DNA of 64,000 nt from Bacillota bacterium (GCA_012735535.1 JAAYHC010000012.1:12059-76058); one strand, 5' to 3'. Positions 27,501 through 37,622 are shown, counted from the stretch's first letter. The notes: a model not told the origin generated them from the sequence alone. Program-made: numbers and translations.

Positions 27501-29417
27501 ATGGCCGATAGAATACCCCATTATGCCGGTCGGGTTAGTGTACACGACTCGGTCCAACAGATGTATGAGCGCATTCGCGCTGATGGTTTGTCCAACGTTT
27601 TTGACCGTTTTGACCCTCAAGCCAAGATCAGGTGTAACTTTTGTGCGGAAGGAGTCAGCTGCCAGCTTTGTACGAATGGTCCTTGCCGGATTTCCGAGCG
27701 CGCCGAGGCGATTCTCGGCGTTTGCGGCATCGACCGCAATGCGATGGCAATGCGGGATATGCTTCTGCGCAATGCTATGGGAACTTCAACTTATACTCAT
27801 CATGCCTATGAGGCCTTCCGTACGCTCAAATCGACGGCCGTCGGCAAAACGCCTTTTAAAATCACCGACCAGGCCAAACTCATTGATTTTGCCAAATCCT
27901 TGGACGTTGATACCTCAGGCAAGCCCGAAGATGTGGCGATTCGGCTCGCCGATTTTCTCATCGGGCACTTGAGTCATGATTATGATGAGCCTTCCAAATT
28001 GATCGAGGTTTATGCTCCCTCTGCGCGGCAGAAGGTCTGGCGAGACCTAGCGATCTTTCCGGCCGGGGTCATGCATGAGATCAAGGACGCAGTAGCCAGT
28101 TGTTTGACCAACGTCGACGGCGATTTCTTTTCCCTGGCGCGCAAGGCTTTACGGCTAGGCATTGCCACCATTTACGGAGCACAAATACCTCTGGAGTGGG
28201 TAACCGACATCATGTTTGGCACCCCGATGCCACATGAGGTCGAGACTGACTTGGGGATCCTTGATCCGGATTATGTTAACATTCTGTTTAACGGGCATGA
28301 ACCCTGGGTTGGTTTTGCAACGATCATTGCCGCCAGGGAACCGCATCAGCAAGAACGAGCCAGACAAGCGGGGGCTAAAGGCATTAGGGTCATCGGCTCG
28401 ATCGAAAGCGGTCAAGAAGTACTGCAACGGATGGCTACCGATGAGGTTTTCGCCGGGCTCATCGGTAACTGGCTGGTGATCGAGCCTGCTCTGGCAACCG
28501 GGGCGGTTGATGTCTTTGCGATGGACGAAAACTGCTCGCCGCCGTGGTTAGCACCGTATGCAGAAAAGTATCAGTCGACTTTGGTTGCGGTCTCCGATCT
28601 GGTCCGGATGCCGGGGGTAAGGATCCATCTAGATTACAAACCGCCGGAAGCTGCCAATATCGCGGCCAAACTAATCGATTTGGGTATTGCAAACTTTATC
28701 AAGCGTCGGGAGCGCCGGATCAAAGCCGTTGTACCGCCACAGAAGCAAAAAGCGGTCGCCGGTTTCTCGCCGGAAGCAGTCCTCCAAGCTATTGGCGGCA
28801 CACCTGATCCGCTGATTGACCTGTTGAAGGCGAATAAAATCAAGGGTGTCGTTGGCTTGGTCAACTGTACCACGCTCGCCAACGGTCCCCATGATTATCT
28901 GACGGTAAACATCACCAAGGAACTCATCAAGCGCAATATTCTCGTCGTGACCGGTGGTTGCGGTGCGCATGGCTTGGAGGTCGCGGGCTTATGCAGTTTG
29001 GAGGCGGCTGAATTAGCTGGGGCCGGACTCAAGGAGGTCTGCCAAAGCCTAGGTATTCCGCCGGTCTTGCCCTTCGGGACTTGCACGGACACCGGACGAA
29101 TTTCGCATTTAGTCACCGTCTTGGCCAACCACCTCGGAGTCGACACGGCAGACTTGCCGGTGGCGATCACCGCCCCACAGTACCTGGAGCAAAAAGCCAC
29201 CATTGATGCGCTTTTTGCCTTGGCGTACGGGCTCTATACCCACCTGTCGCCAACACCTCCGGTCACCGGGGGACCGGACTTGGTCAGGTTGTTAACTGAG
29301 GAGCTCGAAGGGATTACCGGTGGCAAGGTAGGATTGAGCGATGATCCGGTCAAAGCGGCGGATGGCATCGAGGAGCATATCAACAAAAAGCGGGCAGCAT
29401 TGGGATTGAGCGTCTGA
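27501..29417 (+). CDS. cooS: Anaerobic Ni-CODH catalytic subunit homologue (CooS family) with non-canonical C-cluster ligands
   Basis: N-terminal B/D-cluster Cys pattern CNFCAEGVSCQLCTNGPCRI. Conserved CooS blocks ILFGTPMP, NGHEP, VAGFS, VTGGCGAHG and FGTCTD. The usual VGICCTGNE block is replaced by IGSIESGQE. Confidence 0.8.
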   Translation: MADRIPHYAGRVSVHDSVQQMYERIRADGLSNVFDRFDPQAKIRCNFCAEGVSCQLCTNGPCRISERAEAILGVCGIDRNAMAMRDMLLRNAMGTSTYTHHAYEAFRTLKSTAVGKTPFKITDQAKLIDFAKSLDVDTSGKPEDVAIRLADFLIGHLSHDYDEPSKLIEVYAPSARQKVWRDLAIFPAGVMHEIKDAVASCLTNVDGDFFSLARKALRLGIATIYGAQIPLEWVTDIMFGTPMPHEVETDLGILDPDYVNILFNGHEPWVGFATIIAAREPHQQERARQAGAKGIRVIGSIESGQEVLQRMATDEVFAGLIGNWLVIEPALATGAVDVFAMDENCSPPWLAPYAEKYQSTLVAVSDLVRMPGVRIHLDYKPPEAANIAAKLIDLGIANFIKRRERRIKAVVPPQKQKAVAGFSPEAVLQAIGGTPDPLIDLLKANKIKGVVGLVNCTTLANGPHDYLTVNITKELIKRNILVVTGGCGAHGLEVAGLCSLEAAELAGAGLKEVCQSLGIPPVLPFGTCTDTGRISHLVTVLANHLGVDTADLPVAITAPQYLEQKATIDALFALAYGLYTHLSPTPPVTGGPDLVRLLTEELEGITGGKVGLSDDPVKAADGIEEHINKKRAALGLSV

Positions 29418-29421
29418 CTAT

Positions 29422-29448
29422 GAGCCAGGGTCCGACAAGCCCTGGCTC
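29422..29448. terminator. Hairpin between convergent cooS and nitroreductase genes
   Basis: Perfect 9-bp stem GAGCCAGGG / CCCTGGCTC with a 9-nt loop. No U-tract. Confidence 0.4.
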
Positions 29449-29484
29449 TAACGGATAATTTCATTGGTTGAGGTATTTCCTAAC

Positions 29485-29994
29485 TCAAAACTTGTCGTAA
29501 GAGATAATCTCCTCTAAACTCTTTCTGACCTTGACCCGGGGTTTGTCGGCCGGATAACCCAGCGGCATCAGCTCAACCACTTTATACTCTTCCGGCACCT
29601 TGAGCAACTCTTTGACTCTGTTTTGGGAGAAATCGCCGATCCAACAAGTCCCCAGACCCTCGGCTACTGCAGCCAGCGCAATATGTTCCATGGCAATGCC
29701 CAAGTCGACTGCATAAGCCGGAACTTCGCAGGACATCAGGCGATCCGGATTGAGTGACACCCCGGCGATGATGACCGGAGCCTGGGCGATGAACATCTGA
29801 TGCCGGGCGGCTTGTGCTACCTGTTGTTTCAGTTCGGGATCCTTGACAATGATGAACTTCCAGTCCTGGCGATTGCTCGCCGATGGGGCGAGCCGGGCTG
29901 CCTCCAGAATCCGGCGCAGCACCTCGTCCGGGATGTCCTTGTCTTGGTAGGCGCGGACACTGTAGCGGACGCGAATGCACTCGTAAAGATCCAT
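29485..29994 (-). CDS. Nitroreductase-family protein
   Basis: RYSVRAY...APSASNRQDWKF near the N-terminus. AGGAGG RBS 10 nt before the ATG at 29994. Confidence 0.75.
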   Translation of the reverse strand: MDLYECIRVRYSVRAYQDKDIPDEVLRRILEAARLAPSASNRQDWKFIIVKDPELKQQVAQAARHQMFIAQAPVIIAGVSLNPDRLMSCEVPAYAVDLGIAMEHIALAAVAEGLGTCWIGDFSQNRVKELLKVPEEYKVVELMPLGYPADKPRVKVRKSLEEIISYDKF

Positions 29995-30121
29995 TGATAC
30001 TACCTCCTTGTAGATTGGCTCTTCTACAATACTATCCCCCAATCCTCTGCCGTTACAAGCAAGAAAAAGGGGCGGCCGTGTTGGCTCGCCCCACTTGATT
30101 CAGGTGCGTATGGTGAAAGGG

Positions 30122-31430
30122 TTAGTCGATGGTGTGTCGGCCTTCCGCCTTGACTTGGACAATATGCACCGAGCAGCTGATACAAGGATCATAGGCCCGC
30201 ACCAGTCGTTCAAAGAGAAATTGCAGCTCATCCTCTGTTTGACCTGCGTAAGAGGTCCCCAGATTCGTAATCTCCTGTTCGACGCTGGCTTGATTAAGAG
30301 CGGTCGGGGTAATAACATCCGCCGCAGTCACCAGCCCATTATCATCGAAGCTGAAGGAGTGATATAAAGTACCACGCGGGAGTTCGGTGGCGACGGTGCC
30401 TTGCCCGCTCCGCACAATGACTTCCGGTAACGGCTCGGCTTTGAGTCCCTCAGCCAAGATCTGGTCGCAGATTTCGATCGCCCGTTCGAGGGCATAAACC
30501 AATTCGACAACCTGTGCCAAGTTGTTATACAGTGCATTTTTCGAGGGAACGGGGATCTGCAATTTGGCTAAAGCTTCCGCAGCTTTGCCGGTTAGGCGGT
30601 CGCCGAAGAGGTTAATCCGGGCTAAAGCACCGACCATAAAGGGCAGACCATCGACGGTGCTGCGTTTGGCGTTTGAGTATTGGCTTTCCGTCTCTTGGAA
30701 AGCGGTCTTGTATTGGTCAACGGGAGCTTCACGCCCGTCTGAAAAGACGATCGTGTCGCCGAAGAAACCATAACCATCGCCGGCCGGTCTAATGGCCATG
30801 AAAAGGATCTCCTCTCCGGCATAGTCCGGAGTTGACAGCCCGGCGAGCAGTTCGACAATCCCATCCATGTCGGTTAAGCAGTTGGCCAGTTGCGCGCGGA
30901 GCTCGCGCACCTCGCTTTGGGACGGCAGCTTGCCGAAACCGCCAAAAGTTGTGTTGACGTGGTGGATCGCCCGGCCGCCGATCAATTCCTGCACGGCGTT
31001 GCCGGTCTTTTTAATTTGGAGCGCCTTGGTGACGACTTCTTTATGATCCTGCGCCATATCGGCAATACCGGCATAGCCGAGGTAATCCGGTAGGGCTAAT
31101 GCGAAAACATGCAGCGAGTGGCTCTCGATAAACATACCTAAGAAAGCGAGTTCGCGCAGGAGTTCGGTCTGTGCGGGGACCGGGATCCCCAAGGCTTTTT
31201 CGACCGCCATGTGGGCTGTGATTGCGTGCCCGGCGGAGCAAATGGCGCAGATGCGGCAGATGATTGCCGGAATTTCGGTGAAGGGACGGCCCAAGACCAC
31301 TCGCTCAAAGCCACGCATCCCCTCGAAGAGGTTCAGCTTGACATCGCGCACCGTATTCCCATCTAGCTCGACGGTTAGGGCACCATGCCCTTCAACTCTA
31401 CTGATGTGGTCTATGTGGATCCTAGCCAAC
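30122..31430 (-). CDS. hydA: [NiFe]-hydrogenase large (alpha) subunit, group 3b-like
   Basis: N-terminal L1 motif RICAICSAGH and C-terminal L2 motif DPCISCSVH. TTG start with a perfect AGGAGG 9 nt upstream. Overlaps the small-subunit stop. Confidence 0.85.
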
Positions 31431-32117
31431 TTGGGTCCCCTCCTTCTCATAAGCTTTGCCGCTAAAGAGTGCAAGCCGCTGCCGAACTTCGTTCACACTA
31501 AACCCGTGCTTTTCGAGAATTTGTCTGGCGGATACGTAGTTTGGATCATGCGAAGCACCGCGACAGCCAAAACAAGCCCGGTTAAGGCTCGGACAACGTG
31601 CGTTGCAGCCACCGGCGGTCAGCGGTCCGCAACAGATCTCCCCGGCCTGCAGCAGACAGTTGTTTTCTCTGATTGTGCATTCTAAGCAGACCGGATGTGG
31701 TAAAGACAACGGTAAGTCTCCGCGCAGGAGCGATGCTATCGCTTTGAGCAGCTGAGTTTTTTCGATCGGACAGCCTGGAATCGCATAATCTACCTGCACA
31801 TGATCTGAGAGCGGGGTGCCCATTCCGGAAAGATACGGAATGCCGCCCCAAACCGCACACGTGCCAATGGCGATTAAAATCTGGGCGCGCGAGCGGACAT
31901 CTTTGAGCGTCTCCAGATCCGATTCTTGGGTGACCGCACCCTCCACGAAGGCAACATCGAGTTCGCCCTCCGGGTTGTCGCTGTGAGCCATGACAAAGGA
32001 GCGGAGGTCTACCGCTTCGAGAATTGTCAGTAGTTCATCCTCACAGTTGACCAAAACCAACTGGTCGCCCGCGCACGAGGTCAAACCGTAGATGCCAATT
32101 CTAGGTTTTGCTTTCAT
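31422..32117 (-). CDS. hydD: [NiFe]-hydrogenase small (delta) subunit
   Basis: IGIYGLTSCAGD...GTCAVWGGIP...GCP is the Cys pattern of a proximal Fe-S cluster. AGGAGGAGGAGG RBS. Confidence 0.8.
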   Translation of the reverse strand: MKAKPRIGIYGLTSCAGDQLVLVNCEDELLTILEAVDLRSFVMAHSDNPEGELDVAFVEGAVTQESDLETLKDVRSRAQILIAIGTCAVWGGIPYLSGMGTPLSDHVQVDYAIPGCPIEKTQLLKAIASLLRGDLPLSLPHPVCLECTIRENNCLLQAGEICCGPLTAGGCNARCPSLNRACFGCRGASHDPNYVSARQILEKHGFSVNEVRQRLALFSGKAYEKEGTQVG

Positions 32118-32131
32118 GAGCCTCCTCCTCC

Positions 32132-32989
32132 TTAAATCATGTCCGGTAGGTTCAGCGCATCCCAATATGAGAAGACTGGACCATCCTGACAGCAGTATTT
32201 AGAACCGACGGCGCAGCAACCGCATTTGCCGATACCGCAGTGCATCTTGCGTTCCAGCGACATAAAGATGTCTTCGCCGGCGACTTTCTTAGCCAACAGC
32301 TCTTTGGTGACAAACTTATAGGCTACCGGCGGTACGCAGACGGCGGCGACGGTGTTTTTGGCCACTTCGATTTCGGAGAAGAGTTCGGTGACCAAACCGA
32401 CCCGGTAGGGCCAGACCGAAGTATCTCCGCGATCCAAGGTCACCAGGATGTTCAGGTCGCGGTGCTGCTCAAGAGTTTGCAGCTCCGCCGGGAAGAGAAC
32501 ATCTTGCAAGGAACGCGCCCCATACAAAAGGGTGACCTGATTAAATTGATCCCGATTGTCTAAGATGTAATACAACAGTGAGCGGACCGGAGCAAGCCCA
32601 ACTCCGCCGGCGATGATTAGGACGTCTTTGCCCTGCATATATTCGACCGGGAACCCATTGCCATATGGGCCGCGGATCCCAATCTCATCGGTGGGGACCA
32701 AGCGATGGAGCGATGAGGTTGACCGACCAACCTTGCGGATGCAGAACTCTAGGAGCCCTGGCCGGGTAGGCGAAGAACTGATCGAAATCGGTATTTCTCC
32801 GGTGCCCATCACGCTGATTTGGCAAAACTGACCCGGACGGTAGGTGAATTGCTCGCGCTCTTTCGGATCGATTAGCATTACTTGAAACAGCCGGGTATCG
32901 GGGGTTAGATCCCGGATATCGACGATCTTGGCCCGTGACGGTTGATATGGGTTTTGCACTTTAGCCAACGATTGATTCACTGCTTTCAC
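32132..32989 (-). CDS. hydG: Hydrogenase gamma subunit, FAD/NAD(P)-binding with [2Fe-2S] (sulfhydrogenase HydG / AsrB-like)
   Basis: Ferredoxin-reductase fold (RPGQF, GGVGLAP) and a C-terminal CGIGKCGCC cluster motif. Confidence 0.75.
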   Translation of the reverse strand: MKAVNQSLAKVQNPYQPSRAKIVDIRDLTPDTRLFQVMLIDPKEREQFTYRPGQFCQISVMGTGEIPISISSSPTRPGLLEFCIRKVGRSTSSLHRLVPTDEIGIRGPYGNGFPVEYMQGKDVLIIAGGVGLAPVRSLLYYILDNRDQFNQVTLLYGARSLQDVLFPAELQTLEQHRDLNILVTLDRGDTSVWPYRVGLVTELFSEIEVAKNTVAAVCVPPVAYKFVTKELLAKKVAGEDIFMSLERKMHCGIGKCGCCAVGSKYCCQDGPVFSYWDALNLPDMI

Positions 32990-33995
32990 CCCTTAACGAA
33001 GTTAATACCTGGCAGAAGTTGATTCCGGCGGCGCAGTGGGCTTGGCATCTGCCACAGCCGACACAGGCTGAAATGCCGTGACGCTCGACTGAGTCTTTAT
33101 GCTTGTGCATGATCCGTTGGCGGAGTCTGGCCCCGCGGGACGGACGGAAATTATGACCGCCGGCGACTAAGGCATAGTTCTTGTACAGACAGGAGGTCCA
33201 ACGCCGGCAGCGAGAACCGGACGCTCCATCCAAGTTAACTTCATCAAAAATTGTGAAGCAGTAGCAGGTTGGGCAGGTCATCGAACATCTGCCGCAGGCC
33301 AGACAATCCTTGGCCGTTTCCTCCCAGTGGGAGCTGTCCCACTCCAGAGCAAGGATATTGGAAAGCCCGGAGGTATCCAGCTTTTGCTCAAAGAGGTTAC
33401 TACGGGTGGCCAAAAAGACTTTATATTTGCGCAGCAGAATATCGCTGGTTTCTGCAAAAAGATCCTCGTTATCCAGAATCAGGTCGTTACCTTCGGTTGA
33501 ACCGATTTCGACGAGATAATTGTCGCCTAGGTCGGTGAGGAAAAGATCGAAGTGGTCGGTAACCAAATCCGTGCCCATCGAGTTGCAGAAACACATCTCA
33601 TCGGGGAGGCAACTCAAGCCGATAATGAGGGTTCGGTCGCGTTGAGCCTGGTAGTATGTGTCAACGTATCCTTCGAGAAAAACTTGATCAAGGCGTCTTA
33701 GTCCATGAATATCGCAGGGATGTAGGCCGAAGAGAATTCTGCGTTCCGAGCTGGTCGGCTTTTGCCGGAAACCTTCACCGGGAGCAAAGTCGAATAGCGC
33801 TTCTTCAGGAGGCAAGAAAAACTTTTTAGGTGGAAGTAAAGTTCGTTGATACTCAACGACAACTTCTGAGCTCGGATCATAGGCGGCAAAACTAATACTC
33901 GCTCCCGATTTTTGCGGGACGATCAGTTCATGTCCGACCGCGAGCCGGGCTAAGAATTCTTCCAGGTTAGAACCTGGCAACACTACCGTTCGCAC
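32961..33995 (-). CDS. hydB: Hydrogenase beta subunit, 4Fe-4S dicluster protein (HydB / AsrA-like)
   Basis: Cys motifs CLACGRCSMTCPTC and CVGCGRCQAHC. Confidence 0.7.
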   Translation of the reverse strand: MRTVVLPGSNLEEFLARLAVGHELIVPQKSGASISFAAYDPSSEVVVEYQRTLLPPKKFFLPPEEALFDFAPGEGFRQKPTSSERRILFGLHPCDIHGLRRLDQVFLEGYVDTYYQAQRDRTLIIGLSCLPDEMCFCNSMGTDLVTDHFDLFLTDLGDNYLVEIGSTEGNDLILDNEDLFAETSDILLRKYKVFLATRSNLFEQKLDTSGLSNILALEWDSSHWEETAKDCLACGRCSMTCPTCYCFTIFDEVNLDGASGSRCRRWTSCLYKNYALVAGGHNFRPSRGARLRQRIMHKHKDSVERHGISACVGCGRCQAHCAAGINFCQVLTSLRGESSESIVG

Positions 33996-34222
33996 ACGTC
34001 ATCCCTCCGAATTTTGACAAATGATTCAACAGATGGACAGAGAACAAAAAAGATGAAGTTACTATTATACCTTAGCATGAGCGACGAATGCAGTCAATCT
34101 AACGTCTAATTGCTCACGAATTCGTTGAGTTGCTCGTTTTTTCACGACTGTGCTTTTCTTGGTGCTATCACCTGGACAAAAATGGTATGCTAAGCTTACA
34201 ATCTAGTCAAAGGAGAGGCAAG

Positions 34223-35719
34223 ATGGGCACCTTCAAGCGGACAACCATGGAACCGGCGATCATCGTCATCTTCGGGGCCACCGGCGATTTGGCGAGGCGT
34301 AAGCTCTTTCCGGCTTTATTCAACCTGTACCTGAACAGGCTACTGCCGGCCAATTTCGCTGTGGTTGGATTGGGGCGACGCTTAACCGGTCAGGAGCAGT
34401 TTATCTCGAGTGTGACCGAGGCCATCCGGGAACATTCGCGGCAAATTGCACCCTCGGAGTGCCAGGATTTCCTTAAACACTTATTCTATCTGCAGCTCGA
34501 TATCCAGAACACCGAGGACTGGGAGCGGTTGGTTTCCTTCTTGTCCGAGTTGGATCTCACGCATCAGACCAACGGCAATTACCTTTACTACTTATCAGTC
34601 TCCCCTGAGCAGTTTGTACCGATCATCACCCGCTTAGAGGCAGTCGGTCTGAACAAGGCCGGCCCCACCAGTTGGCGCCGGGTGATCATTGAGAAGCCCT
34701 TTGGCAAAGATCTCGCTTCGGCTCGCCAGTTAAATCAGGCCTTGACCGCGATCTTTGACGAAGACTCGATCTTCCGGATCGACCACTACCTGGGCAAGGG
34801 GATGCTGCAAAACATCTTGACCATTCGCTTTGCCAATTCTGTCTTTGAGGACGTCTGGAATTACAAATATATTGATCATATTCAAATCCGGGCGAGTGAA
34901 ACTGTGGGGGTCGAGGACCGCGGGCCATACTATGACCAGACCGGAGCCTTGCGCGATATGGTGCAAAGCCACCTCCTACAGTCCTTAACCCTTATTGCCA
35001 TGGAGCCGCCGTTAAACTTGGGGGCTGAGGCGATCAGAGATGAAAAGGTCAAGGTGTTGCGCTCATTGGCACCAATCCCGGAAGAGTCATTTGCCGCCCA
35101 AGTCGTCAGGGGGCAGTACGGCCCCGGTATTATCAACGGCCAGCGGGTCAAGGGCTATCTCGAGGAAGATCACATCGCACCGGGCAGCCGTACGGAAACC
35201 TTTGTCGCACTTAAACTGTTTGTCCAAAATTATCGCTGGGCAGGCGTGCCTTTTTATCTCCGTACCGGCAAACGCTTGCCGGAAAAGTCTTTCGAGATCA
35301 TTGTACAGTTTAAAAAATTGCCTGGGGTCATGTATTTTGGCAGCGGTGATGAGATCGAACCGAATATTTTGGCGATCACCATCCAACCGCAGGAAGGTGT
35401 GATTTTCCGTTTTAATACCAAAGACCTCCTGAGCCCCGATGAGAGGGTTAAACCTAAATATATGGATTTCACGGAGAACGACTCAGGCCGGACGGCCCCG
35501 GAGGCGTACGAGAGACTGCTCTATGATGCCTTAAACGGCGACTCAACCCTTTTCACCCGGTGGGATGAGGTCGAGTACAGTTGGCAGTTCGTCGACCGGA
35601 TTGCCCAGGTCTGGCAGAGTCAGCCATTTGGTCCATTGCTTTATCCTGCTAATACCTGGGGCCCGCGGGAAGCGGATCTGATGTTGGCCAGGGACGGAAG
35701 GAAGTGGATTACTCTATGA
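34223..35719 (+). CDS. zwf: Glucose-6-phosphate 1-dehydrogenase
   Basis: NADP-binding motif GATGDLARRKLFPALFNL and active-site motif RIDHYLGK. RBS AGGAGAGG. Confidence 0.85.
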   Translation: MGTFKRTTMEPAIIVIFGATGDLARRKLFPALFNLYLNRLLPANFAVVGLGRRLTGQEQFISSVTEAIREHSRQIAPSECQDFLKHLFYLQLDIQNTEDWERLVSFLSELDLTHQTNGNYLYYLSVSPEQFVPIITRLEAVGLNKAGPTSWRRVIIEKPFGKDLASARQLNQALTAIFDEDSIFRIDHYLGKGMLQNILTIRFANSVFEDVWNYKYIDHIQIRASETVGVEDRGPYYDQTGALRDMVQSHLLQSLTLIAMEPPLNLGAEAIRDEKVKVLRSLAPIPEESFAAQVVRGQYGPGIINGQRVKGYLEEDHIAPGSRTETFVALKLFVQNYRWAGVPFYLRTGKRLPEKSFEIIVQFKKLPGVMYFGSGDEIEPNILAITIQPQEGVIFRFNTKDLLSPDERVKPKYMDFTENDSGRTAPEAYERLLYDALNGDSTLFTRWDEVEYSWQFVDRIAQVWQSQPFGPLLYPANTWGPREADLMLARDGRKWITL

Positions 35720-36357
35720 ACTTAAAGATTTATGATATCTCGATGCCTGTTTATCCGGGCATGGCTGTCTACAAAAATAAGCCTGAAAAACAGCCGGTAT
35801 TTACCGTTACGGCGGATCATGCAACGCATAACCTGCGGGAAACCCGGGTAACTTTGGACTTACATACCGGTACTCATATTGATGCCCCGCTGCATATGGT
35901 TGAGGGTGGAGCAACGGTCGATGCGTTCCGGGTCGATCAATTTATTGGCCCCTGCCATGTCTTGGATCTGACGAATGTCTCCGGAGCCATCACCAAAACA
36001 CACTTAACCGGGCAGGAGATTAAGCCGGGCTGGTATGTGCTGTTCAAAACGCTGAACTCATTTGCGGACGCGTGGCAACCGGAGTTTACCTATCTCTCCG
36101 GAGAAGCCGCCGCCCACCTGGCTGAATTGGGTGTCGCCGGGGTTGGCACTGATGGGCTGGGCATTGAGCGGGACCAGCCGGACCATGAAACCCATAAGAT
36201 CCTCTTTGCCCGTGAGATCATGATTATTGAGGGGTTGAGACTCGGCGAAGTTCCGGCAGGTGATTATCTAATGATTGCTTTGCCGCTGAAAATTACCGGG
36301 GTGGAAGCGGCGCCGGCGCGGATCATCTTACTGGAGCAGGGATTTGGAGTGATGTAG
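35716..36357 (+). CDS. Cyclase-family protein (kynurenine formamidase-like)
   Basis: HxGTHxD motif (LHTGTHIDAPLH). ATGA overlap with the zwf stop. Confidence 0.65.
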   Translation: MNLKIYDISMPVYPGMAVYKNKPEKQPVFTVTADHATHNLRETRVTLDLHTGTHIDAPLHMVEGGATVDAFRVDQFIGPCHVLDLTNVSGAITKTHLTGQEIKPGWYVLFKTLNSFADAWQPEFTYLSGEAAAHLAELGVAGVGTDGLGIERDQPDHETHKILFAREIMIIEGLRLGEVPAGDYLMIALPLKITGVEAAPARIILLEQGFGVM

Positions 36358-36358
36358 G

Positions 36359-37012
36359 TTGGCGCTTGTCGAGATCTTGTTACGCTTGCTTGTCGCCTTT
36401 TTTCTCGGCGGTCTTGTCGGTTTGGAGCGCGAGATTCACGGTCGGCCGGCCGGACTGCGCACCCATATACTCGTCGCCTTCGGATCGGCGTTGACGATGA
36501 TTGTTTCAATGTATGCATTTGCCGGGCTCAACATCAATTACGATCCCGGTCGGATTGCCGCGCAGGTTGTCAGCGGCATCGGCTTTTTAGGCGCCGGTAC
36601 GATCTTACGCGATGGTCTGTCTATTAAAGGATTGACGACAGCAGCTTCCTTGTGGATGGTAGCCGCGATCGGTTTAGCCGCCGGGGCCGGTATGCATCTG
36701 ATCGCGATCATCTCCGCTCTCATGGCCCTAGTTGTCTTGTATGTTCTGCACCCTTTGGAAACCAAATTTGAGGCGAGCCGGCCGGACAACGAGCTCGAGG
36801 TCGTCGTCAATTCTGTCGATTGCTTCGCAGCGGTCCTTGATTTGATGCGTAAATATCAGGGCAAGCTGACCAAGTTAGAGTTGGGGGCGAACGGGTTAAG
36901 TTTGAAACTAAGCTTTAAGAGCCCCAATATTGAGTTGACTGCGCGGATTTTGGAGGATTTTGCCCAATTAGAAAGAGCCCGGCGCCACTCGTCAAGCGGC
37001 GCGGGCTCTTGA
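36359..37012 (+). CDS. MgtC/SapB family membrane protein
   Basis: The N-terminal run LRLLVAFFLGGLVGLEREIHGRPAGLRTHILVA is the MgtC signature, followed by a C-terminal ACT-like soluble domain. A stem-loop overlaps the 3' end. Confidence 0.65.
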   Translation: MALVEILLRLLVAFFLGGLVGLEREIHGRPAGLRTHILVAFGSALTMIVSMYAFAGLNINYDPGRIAAQVVSGIGFLGAGTILRDGLSIKGLTTAASLWMVAAIGLAAGAGMHLIAIISALMALVVLYVLHPLETKFEASRPDNELEVVVNSVDCFAAVLDLMRKYQGKLTKLELGANGLSLKLSFKSPNIELTARILEDFAQLERARRHSSSGAGS

Positions 37013-37034
37013 TGCAGGCTATCCCCTGACAAAG

Positions 37035-37622
37035 TTAGACATGACAAGTAAAACGGACGACGGCAAAGATATTTAACGGCAGCGATACATTAACCACCCC
37101 GAGGACCGGACCGGAGGTAAACTCCGGATTTCGCCCGGCCAACCGGCACTCCACTTTCTGAATTGTAATATTAGTTGGTGTACTCGTACACCTAGTGCGC
37201 ACCGGCAGTTCTACGGTAAACGGTAGGATGCGTTGGCCGCCGAGTACGGTATTAAAAGTTACTTGAACCTGAACCGACAAGATGATGGTATTACCGACGA
37301 CGCCGGCAACAATCGCATTGACCAAAGAGCAGCCACGGGCGGTGGTCACCTGGTCTAGAATCACCGGTTGCGGTTGGGTCGAGGTGGCTATCAGGGTGCG
37401 CTGAGCAAAGGATTCAAATGGCCCGAGACCGCCACCGGTGGGGAGTGTAGGCTCCAAGGTCGCTAATGGCCGTTGCATTTTCGGAATCAGATTAATGATC
37501 GTCGAATACGAATTAGGATTAGTCAACGAACGAACTACTTTTGTGCTAAAGAAATTCCCCGGTGTTTTTCGGATGGTAAAGGTTTGAATCCCGTTAAATA
37601 ACTCGGTATTGAAACGAGGCAT
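37035..37622 (-). CDS. Thr/Val/Pro-rich beta-strand protein of unknown function
   Basis: Strong RBS AAAGGAGGTG 9 nt before the ATG at 37622. No signal peptide or TM. Low-complexity T/V/N/P-rich sequence with 4 Cys. The longer 288-aa track ORF overlaps the NTPase gene and is rejected. Confidence 0.4.
   Translation of the reverse strand: MPRFNTELFNGIQTFTIRKTPGNFFSTKVVRSLTNPNSYSTIINLIPKMQRPLATLEPTLPTGGGLGPFESFAQRTLIATSTQPQPVILDQVTTARGCSLVNAIVAGVVGNTIILSVQVQVTFNTVLGGQRILPFTVELPVRTRCTSTPTNITIQKVECRLAGRNPEFTSGPVLGVVNVSLPLNIFAVVRFTCHV

Noticed and set aside
33996-34222. Rex (NADH-sensing) operator in the hydB/zwf divergent region
   Set aside because: I looked for TTGTGAA-N4-TTCACAA and found no match. 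I report only the ACGAATTCGT palindrome, which is itself an EcoRI-containing sequence and could be coincidental.
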